Origin: the human T2T-CHM13v2.0 reference genome, Homo sapiens
DNA: 64,000 nucleotides
NCBI RefSeq assembly: GCF_009914755.1
Contig: NC_060935.1
Strand: one strand, 5' to 3'
This document shows, in pieces, positions 51,640 through 64,000 of this stretch. Position 1 is the stretch's first letter. Every line of letters begins with the position of its first letter. The notes beneath the pieces are model-generated. The model did not search any database and was not told the origin of the DNA. It worked only from the letters and a program-made list of their open reading frames with translations. The position numbers were made by a program, and so were the translations under genes.

Positions 51640-52452
51640 GTGAGTGTCGTCATCCATTCCAGCCATCCATGCAGTCTTAGAACTGAGCGAAATTGCTGCT
51701 GTTTTGTGAGAACTCTCTACTCACCTTTGTGAGATGCATATTAGTAATCTGCAAAATACCCAACTTCTTGCCCTGGGACGGGGGAGCTCAGAGTTTCTTT
51801 CAGTCTCTTAAATGGACACCACAAAGAGCTTGACATCAGAGTTTCTGTAGATAACCGGGCGTTTATGGGAATGCCGCTTTCCCTGCTTTTAACTCCGGTA
51901 TTCTGCTAGCTTTCCAGCTCCTATACTTTTGCAGTCAGCTCTTTCCTGCTTATCTTTAGCTGCAGGATGATGCAGAGCTATGATAAGTAGTCTTTCTAAA
52001 CTGATTTTATGAGGTTCTTATGAAATATATTTTTAGTATTTTTAGCAGAAAGAGATAGATTTTGTGAACAACATGTTTGCTGAGACCATTAAGTGTACAC
52101 ATTCATGACTCTCACACTGATAATTTTGTCAGTACCCTTTTTGTATATGTGTGTATTTATGAACACACCCCCCCATACACCTGCCCTTTAGAAGAACCTT
52201 GATATTTGTGGATCAATAGAAATTTTCTGATCTCAGGACTGTCATAATGCCCTTTACCCAAGCTCCTTCCCTTGGCTTTTTTGCCCTCTTATTTCAGATG
52301 CTGGGGCCTCTGAATATTCTGGATCACTCTGTATAAAATTTTTCCAGCCTCACTGCCAAAATCTCACCCCTTTAGCTCATTCAGTATTCTTACTGTATGG
52401 TGTATGGTGTATTGCCTTTATTTCATATTAATTCACCCTCTGATTTGAAAAG

Positions 52453-52525
52453 GTGGCTGCGGTGACTAGTCGTGGAATAGGAAACTGGAGCGATTCTAAA
52501 TCCATTACCACCATAAAAGGAAAAG
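52453..52525 (+). CDS. SORL1: SORL1 exon 38 (73 nt): VAAVTSRGIGNWSDSKSITTIKGK
   Basis: tgaaaag|GTG (weak acceptor), AAG|gtaaat; phase 0-1. Confidence 0.96.
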
Positions 52526-52974
52526 GTAAATGATCCCAGCATTTGCAGATTTAGAGAAAATATTATACAAACCCTTTCAAATGACTTTCAGTATGACCGG
52601 AAAATGGAGAAACGTAGTTTAGAAAAACATCACACAACTTTCTTCTCCCCAACACACGCACATTTTTGGGTGTCTCTGTAGTGCTTTAGATAGAGTCTTT
52701 TTGGGGTGACTGAGTGTCTTTTTCCTCCTAGTATTGAGCATTTCTTCTAATGCAGACATACAAAGGGATTTCCAAAGGCCATCATGCGCAGCCCTTTGTG
52801 AGTAGTCAAAATATCTAAAATAGAAGGAGTCCTTCCTTCTCACCAAAGCTGAAGATGATTTTGTGCATGTTCACTTACGGGGTTTTAAAGAAAGCACCAT
52901 GCTGACTCTTGTTATTCTCCCAGTGGCACTGGCAAACTGTGTGTAGGTGGTTTTTTATCTTGTACTAGAGCTGA

Positions 52975-53200
52975 TATTAGTAATAACTGATGGCTTGCCA
53001 AGGGCAGGACACTCTAGAGTGTTCACTGCTTTGCGTACATCAGCTCATCTAATTGAACAGTCAGAACAACTACAAGAAAGGATAAGGAACTGGAATGAGG
53101 TTATGTCACTTGTCCCAGGCCACACAATCAGTAAGTGACAGAGCTGGCCCTGGAACCTGATCTGCCTGACTCCAAAGCCTGTGCTCTTAACCACTGTGCT
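52975..53200 (-). mobile_element. MIR SINE
   Basis: gaggttatgtcacttgtcccaggccacac...ctgactccaaagcctgtgctcttaaccact. Confidence 0.65.
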
Positions 53201-53762
53201 CCACGCTTCTCTCTGGGCTGAGACACATGCGGCCTACTGGACCGCCCTGCTTGCCGGGGGTGGCGGGCTCAGCATCTTGCACGAGTGCCTCATGAGGGCA
53301 GAGATCTGGTCTGTTTTTCTCTACTCTATCACGGGCATCTAGTAGAGACTAAGGAAATAATTGATGATTGAGTGAATCGAAGCAGTTAAATGAAGGGTTC
53401 TGGCATACTTTGGGAGATGGACTACAACTCATTTTCCAGAGTGGTTTTCCTGACCTTAGCCTTGACACTGGGGACTTGCATTTCTGGACTTCCAGGTATT
53501 AAAACCAGATGGACACTGTGGCATGCAATAGGACTGGAAGATTTTACTTTAACCTAAGCCTGTGAGGAATAGGCTCTGGGTCATGGAGAGTCACTATCTA
53601 GTCCCCTCTAAAATCTGGAGCCTTTGAGATCAGGGCCCAAGGCGGCCAAACGTAGTGCCACCAGATGGTCTTTGGAGCTGAATGCTTGCAGGTATTAGAG
53701 AAAGCCTGCTGAATTCACACTCTCCTAGAATTTTTATTGTTGTATCTCTTCTCTCTACAAAG

Positions 53763-53880
53763 TCTGTTTCAAAACACTGACCACACATACCAAGAAGGGA
53801 TGTTGGAAGAGCAACCAAATACATGTACCTTGAATTCCGAAGGCACAAGTCACAACTGCATTTGAAAATCTCAGTGGATG
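53763..53880 (+). CDS. SORL1: Alternative cassette exon 38b (118 nt): VCFKTLTTHTKKGCWKSNQIHVP-stop (TGA 53831-53833)
   Basis: Pyrimidine tract ctcttctctctacaaag| acceptor and ATG|gttggt donor 118 nt apart; length and peptide match my recollection of the reported SORL1-38b exon. Confidence 0.85.
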
Positions 53881-55424
53881 GTTGGTTCTCTTTAACTTCT
53901 TTTCTGTGATTTTGATGAATCTCAGCTGCTTGCATATATTTGGGCTAGGATTTGTACAGAAGGCAGCTGTGTGCCACATCCAAAAAGTGTTTGTTGTAAA
54001 ATATCTGTGACATAGTATCATAATAACGTTTTAAGATAAAGGACAAAGACAGCAGAGGCATCAGCCAGACGCGCCAGGTTAATTGGTGAATGTAGTGGAT
54101 TAGTAATGACAATGAGAAAAGCCACCATTCCCTGAGCACTTCTTATACACTAAGCACCATGCTATTGTTGCTCGTGAATGGATCCCTTATTAATCCTTAT
54201 GAATCCTATGAGATAAGTATCCTTATCCTCATTGTGTAGCTGAGGAAACGGGTTTGGAGTGGATTGTGACTTGTCCCTGGTTGCCATGATTATAATTCAA
54301 GTCAGCTTTACCATATGCAGCACTCGCACTGTTTTGCTCTGTGTTGGCCGCCTGAAGCTTCCAATATCCTTTCTTCTTCCGGTTATTGCATTTTCCTGAA
54401 GCCTAGTTTTATTACATGATTGATCATCTGGACAGACCTCTTCAGACTTTGACACATCTCTTTTGCCACCAAATCTTATCTGCTCCTTTGAGTCTCTCTT
54501 GCCCAGTCTATAGAAGGGGCATATGTGTGGAGAGTCTAATATGCAAGTTGTTGTTTAAATAATATTTTCTGATAATATTGATCCATTGAGCTCTTTTAGA
54601 TCATGCTGGGCCAAGCACTGTCAGCCATCTGGTGGGAAGACCTTCCAGATGACAAGCATGGCGCTCATTGGTTGAACTGAGAGGGGTCTTTTCCTTGGCC
54701 ACTTCTCCTTGCCCCCTCGACTCTTAGCTTGAGCTCCAGTCTTTTTGAGAGCACCAGTGGTTTCTAGTTGTTTAGTTGGCCATATGTGACGCTATATTGG
54801 AAAGGAAGAGAAAGAGAGTATCAGTTGAGTGCTAGGCATCACACATACATTATTTTAGTTAACCTTCCCAGCTCTGTGAAATGCAGATAACATCTCTAGG
54901 CTCCAGGAAGATCAGTAACTTGCCTAGGTTACACAGATGCCAGAACAGGAATTCGAACTCAAGTTTGCCAGCTTCCAGAGGCCACATTCTTTCCATTTTG
55001 CCACACGCACGTTTACCATTTACGATTTACTCCATTGTCAGCCTTCCGAAAGGACTTGAGATTGGTGGGACTTTGTTAGTGCCAATCAAGATGCCACTCG
55101 CAGTGAATGATCCCTGTTCCTTTAAGAACCAGGCTGAAGCTGGGCTGTTTTGGGACCTTTACAAAATGGAACTTTTCTGCCTGACCTAATTGCCAGGATA
55201 GCCGACTGAGCCAAGATAGTTTTGTGTTCACCAAGCAACTGTGGACCAACCTTAGCTTCAGGAAAACAGTGGTAAAAAAAGATCGATGAGGAACACTGCC
55301 AAAGAAATACCCTTTCTTCCCCGACTGAAAGATGGCTTTGTCCGTTGAGTTGAAAACTATTAAGTCCTGCCTTCCTCACTTTTCATCACGTGGCTTCTGT
55401 TTTTGAATTCCTTTTTGTTTTCAG

Positions 55425-55507
55425 TGATCCCACCACCAGATATCCACATTGACAGCTATGGTGAAAATTATCTAAGCTTCACCCTGACCATGGAGAGTGA
55501 TATCAAG
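55425..55507 (+). CDS. SORL1: SORL1 exon 39 (83 nt), FN3-3: [28 protein letters not shown]
   Basis: tttcag|TG, AAG|gtaatg; within ORF 55403..55630. Confidence 0.98.
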
Positions 55508-56149
55508 GTAATGTGGGAATTTCAAGCCAGCAGCTGGATGGGGCTTTATTTTGTATGGGAACTGAAAGGACATAGCACAGTAAGACTGGAAAAAAACAAA
55601 AAACAAAAAACAAAAAAAACGAACGGCTAGATCTAGTGAAGCTAAAATACCAGGACTAGGGTGGTTCCTTCCCCCATGAAGAACAACTTGAGTCTTCACA
55701 TGTAATTATTCTGCCTCAGCCTGGTGCCTTTTTATCCTTAACCATATAATTAAATGGTTCACAGCTACAGTGCAAATAAAGAGTTGGTGTTAACAGAATA
55801 TGTATGCCCTGTAATTTTCAGCTTTATTGGATTTCCTGGTGCTAAGCGCTAATGCTGAGGCGCTCACAGTGGAAGAACAACCTTCTTGTGGGAGAGTTGG
55901 ATACCTTGGAAACATATTCACTTTCCATCCACCTAAGATCTTCCTCTTCCAGCACCGCCATCCCCTCTACTGGCCCTCTGCATAGCCGACTTCATCATTG
56001 TTACCTGTGCCCATGTGGTTCCTCAAGCTGAGATCCGCTTTCCATAGTGTTCCTTCTTATCTGTCCCTCCTCACAGCCTCTCCATTGATGAATTTGTGTT
56101 GGGACAAGTTGGGACAAGCAACCTTCAGAGTCTTTCTGCCATTTACTTA

Positions 56150-56518
<369 letters not shown>

Positions 56519-57084
56519 AAGAAGTGGGCTTATATGCTTCTTGTCTTGTAGTCTTTGATCTTGAAAATATTTTTGTTAGTTGTCCCATATTTAACGATCT
56601 TCAGATCAAATCTTTTTATGAGCTCAGGACTTGGAAAAGGTAGTCTTTCCTGATGGGTGGATGTATTTTCTGTAGTTAGACAATGAGATCTAACCAGCCT
56701 GTTTTGTATGGATTGTCTTCTTGGCCTTGACTGCAAGGATTTATCCTTAATTTCCATGGCCTAATTATCTTTCCAGTGTTTCCTCTTTCTACCTTTATTA
56801 ATTGGTTCTCGTCCTTTTATTCTTCATTCACTTTTTTGTTTCATTGAATCTATAAATTAAATATGGTCTCGTTTGTTTTTAGAAGTAGGTGGAGTACAAC
56901 TAAATATTAGCTAATGGTAGCACAAGTAGAACCTGTTTAAAATTTTTAAAAAACAACCTGTTCACTGTAAGAATGAGATACCCAAGGAAAGAACAGGAAA
57001 GAGGTGTATTTTTAATCCTGCCTTTTGTATTTAGTGTGCCTCATGACTAGCTGTTCATCTAACATGCTTCTTGGTTCTCGGCAG

Positions 57085-57181
57085 GTGAATGGCTATGTGG
57101 TGAACCTTTTCTGGGCATTTGACACCCACAAGCAAGAGAGGAGAACTTTGAACTTCCGAGGAAGCATATTGTCACACAAAG
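57085..57181 (+). CDS. SORL1: SORL1 exon 40 (97 nt): [32 protein letters not shown]
   Basis: cggcag|GTG, AAG|gtaaca; within ORF 57025..57258. Confidence 0.97.
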
Positions 57182-59219
57182 GTAACACTTTGGTGCTGGT
57201 CAGTGTGTGTGCAGGAAGGGGTAAGGCTGGACCAATGCTTTCCCGCTGTAGAGCTTGACTGGGGGTGCCAGGGAAGGGGAGGTATTCTCTAGAAGCTGTT
57301 CTGTGTTGACAGGTTCTTGTGCATTGAGGATCCTATAAGTGTGCTGCTGATTCTAGGCAGAGGGATTCACTCAGTGGCCCCTCGAGCCCTCCTCCAACCT
57401 CATGACCCTTAGTGGAAGTTGGGGGCCATAAGGAGGAAAATTGGACAGAGGCAAGACTAATTCTCTGCAGATGAGTTTTGATTTCCAAAAGAAAGAGTTC
57501 TTAGATATAGACAGTTACCTGTCTGTCCTTTCTAGTCTGGTTCACTCTCCCATTGCTAATGAGAGACAGCAGAAGGCCTTATGCATAACTGGTGTTCAGT
57601 AAATACATGTTGACTGGAGAAATGGACAACAAACTAAGGGAGGAGTGGTCCAGTCCCTGTTACGTATGTACCAGCAGCAAGTCTCAGCTAAAATTCCTCT
57701 ATCTAAGCACGTGCTAAAGGATGGATTTTAATTTATTTCTAAGTGGCGAAAGCTGCCTGTAACTGTTGAGAATGACTTGGGAGCTTCTTCCTGTCTCCTC
57801 CTTCTAGGCTGTGAAGCACTTTCAGTCATGTTTTTATTGAGTCCTTGTCATAGCCTTATAAAGTAGAGACTACAAATGTTCTATTGTTACTTTTTTTTTT
57901 TAACTGAAAGTCTACAAGGTGCCCGAGGAGGCTGTTATTTTGACTTTTGCACATTGAGCACCTACCATGTACAGGCATTTACACAGGCATTCTACGCATA
58001 TTATTTACATAACCCCAAGTATAATTCCGTGAGATATGCCCGCTTTACAGAGGCAAAACTGAAGTTGAAAGAATAAGTCATACGCTCAGACGGTGGCAGA
58101 GCCAGGATTGGAACCCACATCTTTCTAACTCCACAGCCTATGATCTCATTGCCTTAGTGTTGCCCCAGTAGAAACTGGCAGAGTCAGGAGCAGAAGCCTT
58201 AACTAGCTGTTGTTTGAAATCTATTAGGGCTAGTGCGATGCTAGGCATTATGCCAAGCACTTCCTAAGCATTTTCTTTTTTTCTCCCTGCCAGCCAGCAG
58301 CTGCTGTAAGTGCTGTTATTTTTTTCTCCATCTTACAAACAAGGAAATAGAGAGTTTAAATACTTTACCCAAGGTTATACAACCACAAAGTATAGAGTCA
58401 GGCCTTAAACCCCAGTCCTTCTGATTCCAAAGGCTATCTTGTTAGCGTAACCTCCCCCTTCTCACTTTTCTTTTTCTTAGTTTTAATAGCATTTCCTCTG
58501 ATCAGAAAGGGGATACATATTTGTTTCAGAAAATTGAGAGAACAAAAAGAGTGTAATGAAAATTAAAATTGCCTATAATTTCACTTTTACATTTCAGATA
58601 TCTTCTAATATATTTTTCCATGGATTGATCTCTTTATATCTTTTTTCTAAAATCAGAATAATGCCATAGGTAGTATTGTATCCTGCCCTTTTCACTTCAC
58701 ATAAAATTGTGAGAATTTTCCAGTGTCATCAAATATTTTTGAAACAACCTTTAGTGCCTGCACAGTAGTTGATGGAATGCACATTATTTAATTATTATCC
58801 TGTTACTAGACAATCAAATTACATTCAGTTTTTTCCTGCTGTAACACTGTGATGGGGATCCTTGTTAAACACACTTTTGAGTCTTTCTCTGACTTCATGG
58901 GATAACTGGATTGAAGGGTATGATTTCCAAGGTTCTTGTTATACAAGGCCAAATGGCTTCCAGGAGCGTTGTACCAACTCCTATCCGCGGATGGGCAGCT
59001 TTAAAGAAATTACCCAGTGCTTGTGCAGTGTGTTACGTACCGTCATCATCAGTACATAAACGTTGAATGAATTTGTCATCTAATGACAGTCCTACAGCAC
59101 ATGGGACTCATTTAAGTCAAGAGATTACTATTTTTTTTTAAAAAAGTGCATGTACCAAGACACGTTCTTGACTAACACCCCCAACTTCCTCCTGGAATCT
59201 CCTTTTCCTGTTTTCACAG

Positions 59220-59404
59220 TTGGCAATCTGACAGCTCATACATCCTATGAGATTTCTGCCTGGGCCAAGACTGACTTGGGGGATAGCCCTCTGGCATTTG
59301 AGCATGTTATGACCAGAGGGGTTCGCCCACCTGCACCTAGCCTCAAGGCCAAAGCCATCAACCAGACTGCAGTGGAATGTACCTGGACCGGCCCCCGGAA
59401 TGTG
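59220..59404 (+). CDS. SORL1: SORL1 exon 41 (185 nt), FN3-3/4: [12 protein letters not shown]...TWTGPRNV
   Basis: tcacag|TT, GTG|gtgagt; branch-point-like GACTAAC at ~59170; within ORF 59150..59422. Confidence 0.98.
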
Positions 59405-61083
59405 GTGAGTCAGCCAGAATGACCATCACAAAGTGAGTGTGGACTGTCCCCTAATGCTACGCCACCACACAACTCCAGGGCTTTTCTCTCTTTTGCAAAT
59501 GTTCCGGTGCCCCTGCTGCTCTTGGATATAGGCCTTTCTTTTTCCTTTGTTTTCATACGTGCATTATGATTCACTATGATCAGATCTGTGCTCCTTTTTG
59601 AGTCTACTGTTTTACTTTCCACTCCTCCCCAGTGTGTCCCCTTTGCTTTTAGATCAACCGTCCCAAGGCTCTTGGCACATTCGTCCCCCTCTTGCCTCTG
59701 TACTTGGCTTATGCCCTTTCTCCTCCTTGGTGTCCTTCCCTCCTCTTGCTATGCAAGAAAATCCTCCCTTCTATAGTTGATCTCTCTCCCTATGAACTCC
59801 TAATATATTTATAGTTGGTTCCATATAGCATGATATTTCATTGAATACAGCTTTACCCTATTTGATAATTTTTGTCTGTTACTCTTACCTTCCTAACTAG
59901 TTTGTAAGTTCCTTGAAGGGAAGGATTGTTTTCTGGATTTTCTCAATGGAAAAGCATACAGAAGTAAATTTATAATAAGGAATTAGTAAATCCTTAGTGA
60001 TGAGCGGAGGAACTAGCCTAGGTCTGGTCTTCTGAGGATATCTTCAGCGTGCATTTGTCACAGGGCTGAGTCATAGGGAAATAACCAAAGTTTGCAAGTA
60101 GCTGTCTGTAAAATCAGTGAAGAAGAAGGAAGAAGTAAGATTTACTGAGCAGCCAGTAAGTGCCAGGAACAATATAAAATCCGATAAACCCATGTTCCCC
60201 CTTATTCCTTTCATTGGTTCTGTGGGTAAATATTCCCATTTTGCCAGCAAGGAAACTAAGGCTCAGTGAGGCGAAGTAACTTGCCAGAGTTAAAGCTCTC
60301 ACAAGCAGTAGACTGAGTTTCAGCTCAGGTCTGGCTAATTTAACAGCCTCTGCTCTTTTGTGTGTCCCAGCACCTGACGCTGAGGCAGGGACAGTGATGA
60401 GAAGCCCTGACCTATCCCCGGAGCTCTCTTTTACCTGGAAGTTGAGTCTACTCGTAAAGAACCCTTTCTTTCCATTTATATACCTGGCAGCACATGACCG
60501 CCTCATCACCCCCAACTATCTCTCCAGAGTAGGGCAATTGCACAGAACACTGAAGCCTGACTTGATTTAGGGTCTCCAATTGTGCATGAAGTTGGAGGAG
60601 GCTTCCTGCACCTCATCTCAGCTCATGCACTGGTCACACTAAAGGTGGCTTTCAGAGGTGAGAGCGCAAATGAGATCACCTGTAGGAAGCTCTCTGCTTC
60701 TGCCCCTCTTTAGTTCATTGAGGACCCTGGCAGCTCTCATGATTTTCCTGTCTACTGTGAGAAGTGCCATTGTCACTGTGCATGTGGGGAACCTCTCATC
60801 CCTTGGCTCCCGTGGCTCTGTGGACCCCTTTCCTCTCCAGAGACACCCCATCCCTGGCGGTCACCAGCCTTGTCCTCGGTGATGTCATCCTCCCTCTGTA
60901 CTCTAAGCCCCGACTTGGCCTACTCCCATCTCATGCTTTGCAGCTCCACCTGCATTTGCTTTGGGACCCCTTTGAGTCCCTCAGCGCTTCTCTTTCCTAC
61001 ATCCTCCCAGGCGATCACCCCCTTCGGGGCTTCCCTTCCTGTTTCTCTGTCTGTGTTCTCCCATCTGTCTGTCCTTTCTCATC

Positions 61084-61866
61084 TGTCAACAAAAAGAGTC
61101 AAACTCTGTAAAATATATGAAAAGATTTATTCTGAGCCAAATAGGAGTGACCATGGCCCGTGACACAGCCCTCAGGAGGTCCTGAGAACATGTGCCCAAG
61201 GTGGCCGGGATGCAGCTTGGTTTTATACATTTTAGGGAGGCATGAGACATCCATCAAATACATTTAGGAAATACACTGGTTTGGTCCAGAAAGGCAGGAC
61301 AACTCAAAGTGGGCATGGGGAAGCAGGGGTTTCCAGGCTATAGGGAAATTTAAACATTTTCTGGTTGTCAATTGGTTGAGTTTGTCTAAAGACCTGAGAT
61401 TGACGGAAAGGAGATGTTCAGGTTAAGATAAAAGATTGTGGAGACCAAGGTTCTTTTGACGTCTTTTAGTGGCTGCCTTTAGGGGAAATAGATGACAGAT
61501 GTTTCCTATCCAGATCTTTAAAAGGTGCAAGACTTTTAGCTAATGTCTTTAGGATTGGGAGGGCCTGGAAGAAAAAGATCTAGCTATGTTAATAGAGATT
61601 CTTTACAGATGCGAAGGTTCCCCCACAAAGGACAGCTTTTCAGGGCCATTTCAAGATATGACAAAGAAACATGTTTTGGGGTAAAATATTTTGATTTTCT
61701 TCCTTGTCTCATAATGTTATGCCAGAGTCAACTTGGAAAGTAAGTCACGATATATAGGATTAAATAAAACCCATCTGATGAGAATTTATGGTTTGTAGGA
61801 CATGACTCCCCAGACCCCTTAGATAGGGATTTGGGCAAGATTTAAAAAATCAGAGCTTAGTCCTCA
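61084..61866 (-). mobile_element. MER4-family (MER4D/E-like) ERV1 solo LTR
   Basis: Minus strand starts TGAGGACTAAGCTCTGATTTTTT and ends TTTTTGTTGACA; near-TSD catc/cagc. Confidence 0.8.
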
Positions 61867-63122
61867 CAGCTGCTGAGCAGTGCTGGAGAAAGTCACCCTG
61901 TTGCCTGGGACTTGGAAATCCCTTTGTGGATCCCCGCTCAGTTCCTGCTCATCCCATGGATCCTGCAGCTCCTACAGTCCTCGTCAAGCCCATGTCTTAC
62001 ATGTGCACATAACTCTTGGAGAAAATGCTCTTTGATTGTGCCTTACAAAGAAAGCTTCCTCAGCTCCCACCCTCCAGTTATAAACTCCCTCGGCTTCCAC
62101 TTTCTGCTGTAAACTTCATCCCATTCCCACTTCCCTGCTTGAAACTCCCTCAGTTTCCAACGTTTACCAGTTAGGACTAAGCAGGGATGCATAGAGCAGA
62201 GGAAGTGACAGTAACAGTGGCTTCGAACAGTTTATTTCCTCTTGTAATTAAAACAAGTTTAGAGTTGAGCAGTGCAGGGCTTCTGTCGTGGCAGCACGAT
62301 TTGATTGGGCACCTGAGCCCTGTCATCTCCAGCCTGTGGCATGTGTCTTCAAGCTCACCTCATGGTACAAGAGGCCTCCTGGGCCTGCAGTCATGATCTG
62401 TATTCCAGGCGACCAGAGGGCAGGAAGAAGGGCTCCTCCCTCTGTTGTAATGAGCCCTCCTAAAGCTTTTCCTGCGACACTTCTGCATCTCAATGGCTGG
62501 AAGCTCTTTGTCTAGCCTCTTCTAGCTTAGGGAGGTTCGCAGTTTAGACTTTTTCCAGGCAGCAATTCTCAATCAGAACCAGAGTTCTGAGGAAGAAAGG
62601 GAGGATGGGTACCTGTTGGACAGCCAGCCGTGTCTGCTCTCCTTCCCTCCCTCCACATACTTCCTGGGGTGTTCGCATCCACTGTGCAAGCTCCCATGGC
62701 TTTCCTTCCCACTCAGCACATCCCCTTGGAGCCCACGTCTGTGCTGCCAATGGTAGAATGACACCCCCTCTTTAATAACCCCCCGTTCCCTGGCTCATCA
62801 TGTGGGTTTCTGGTGTAGCATCTAACACTCTATGTTTGCCACTTGTTATTTATAATTATGTATGTTTTTCTTCTCTGCCCGCCTCTCCTCCAGAAGGAGC
62901 GCTTTGAGGACAGAGACCACATCATATTTATTTTTGTAGCTCTACATACAGTGCCTGGCCCAAGTGCCTTCTCTGTAAATGCTGTAAATGTAATAAATGT
63001 TGAATGAAGACTTCTCTGTGAGCTCTTTTGAAGCAGTTCCAGGGTCTTAAATTGGAGATTTCAAGGAAATGAGATCATCGGCCCATGAGCTGATGTCCTC
63101 TTCCATTCTCTGCTTTTACCAG

Positions 63123-63242
63123 GTTTATGGTATTTTCTATGCCACGTCCTTTCTTGACCTCTATCGCAACCCGAAGAGCTTGACTACTTCACTCCACAAC
63201 AAGACGGTCATTGTCAGTAAGGATGAGCAGTATTTGTTTCTG
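63123..63242 (+). CDS. SORL1: SORL1 exon 42 (120 nt), FN3-4: [10 protein letters not shown]...KDEQYLFL
   Basis: taccag|GTT, CTG|gtaagt; within ORF 63069..63347. Confidence 0.98.
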
Positions 63243-63499
63243 GTAAGTTTCCCATACCGTTTCAGTTTTTTAAGGGATGTCTTAAGTCCTGGGCTCTGGT
63301 CTCAACCCAGGACCTGGGGAGCTTGCATACCTGGACTCCAGGATTGATGTGTGTGACGAGAGGCAACTTCCTCTTCTTCATAAGCATCATCAGGTTCTTG
63401 CTTGAAATACAGAATGAACGGCCACTTTCACCAACTGCAGCTCCGTTATGGAGGACTGATAACTTGGCAGATGATCACAAGTATAGATAAATCAAAAAT

Positions 63500-64000
63500 T
63501 TTTATCAGGTTCCACTTCTAGGAATTTAGCCTACATACTTTTATGTGTGTGCCAAGATATATGGAGAAAGATACATGGTACGTTATTATTCTTATGATAG
63601 CAAAAGATGTGAAGCAACTTAAATGTCTATGAAGAGAGGACTGGTTAAACATATCATGGTTTATTCATGCAATGGAATGCAGGACAGCCGTTCATAAGAA
63701 GTATGACAACTCTAAATGTACTGATATGGAAAAATCTCTACGCTATATTATTATATAAAAGAAGCCAAGAGCATAATATGTGTGCCATTTTCTCAGTTGT
63801 ATAAAAAATATTTGAGGAAGATAGGCTTCATATACACGTGCATATATGTGTAAGGATACACGTACATACATATCCTTCCTTATATATGCATAGGGGATTT
63901 CTGGAAGGAAGCACAAAAACTCTTACCAGTGGTACCTCTTGGAAAATGATTTGGGGTAGGTGGGAAATTATTTTATATTTTATGGTTTTTTGTACTAACT
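63500..64000 (+). mobile_element. Old L1M 3' fragment
   Basis: ccacttctaggaattt...caacttaaatgtctat...atgcaatggaat ORF2-end/3' UTR motifs. Confidence 0.55.

Overview
Human genomic DNA from inside SORL1 (SORLA/LR11 sorting receptor, Alzheimer's disease gene, chr11q24), transcribed on the + strand. The window holds 24 consecutive canonical coding exons (19-42 by standard numbering, about residues 858-1908). All have GT-AG boundaries and splice into one open frame encoding the end of the YWTD beta-propeller, the EGF domain, all 11 LDL-A/complement-type (CR) repeats and the first 3.5 FN3 domains. Two alternative exons I recall from the literature can be rebuilt from sequence: 30B (alternative first exon, 19 new aa, 829-aa product) and 38b (118 nt, premature stop). 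Codon 1074 is GAA (Glu), not the Gln I recall for the reference protein. Introns hold typical primate repeats (Alus, a full sense MER11 solo LTR with 6-bp TSD, MER4, MaLR, MER44, MER5/MER58, L1PA2, old L1/L2/MIR). The most unusual unexplained structures are a 173-bp, ~95% identical non-Alu inverted repeat in intron 21 with template-switch-like scars, a second ~87-bp inverted duplication in intron 31, and a strong LTR-derived cryptic acceptor 189 nt upstream of the weak exon 23 acceptor. I found no evidence of a wholly new gene system. Nearly all other ORFs in the track are intronic noise. Exon numbers, rsIDs and repeat subfamily names are from memory, not from a search.
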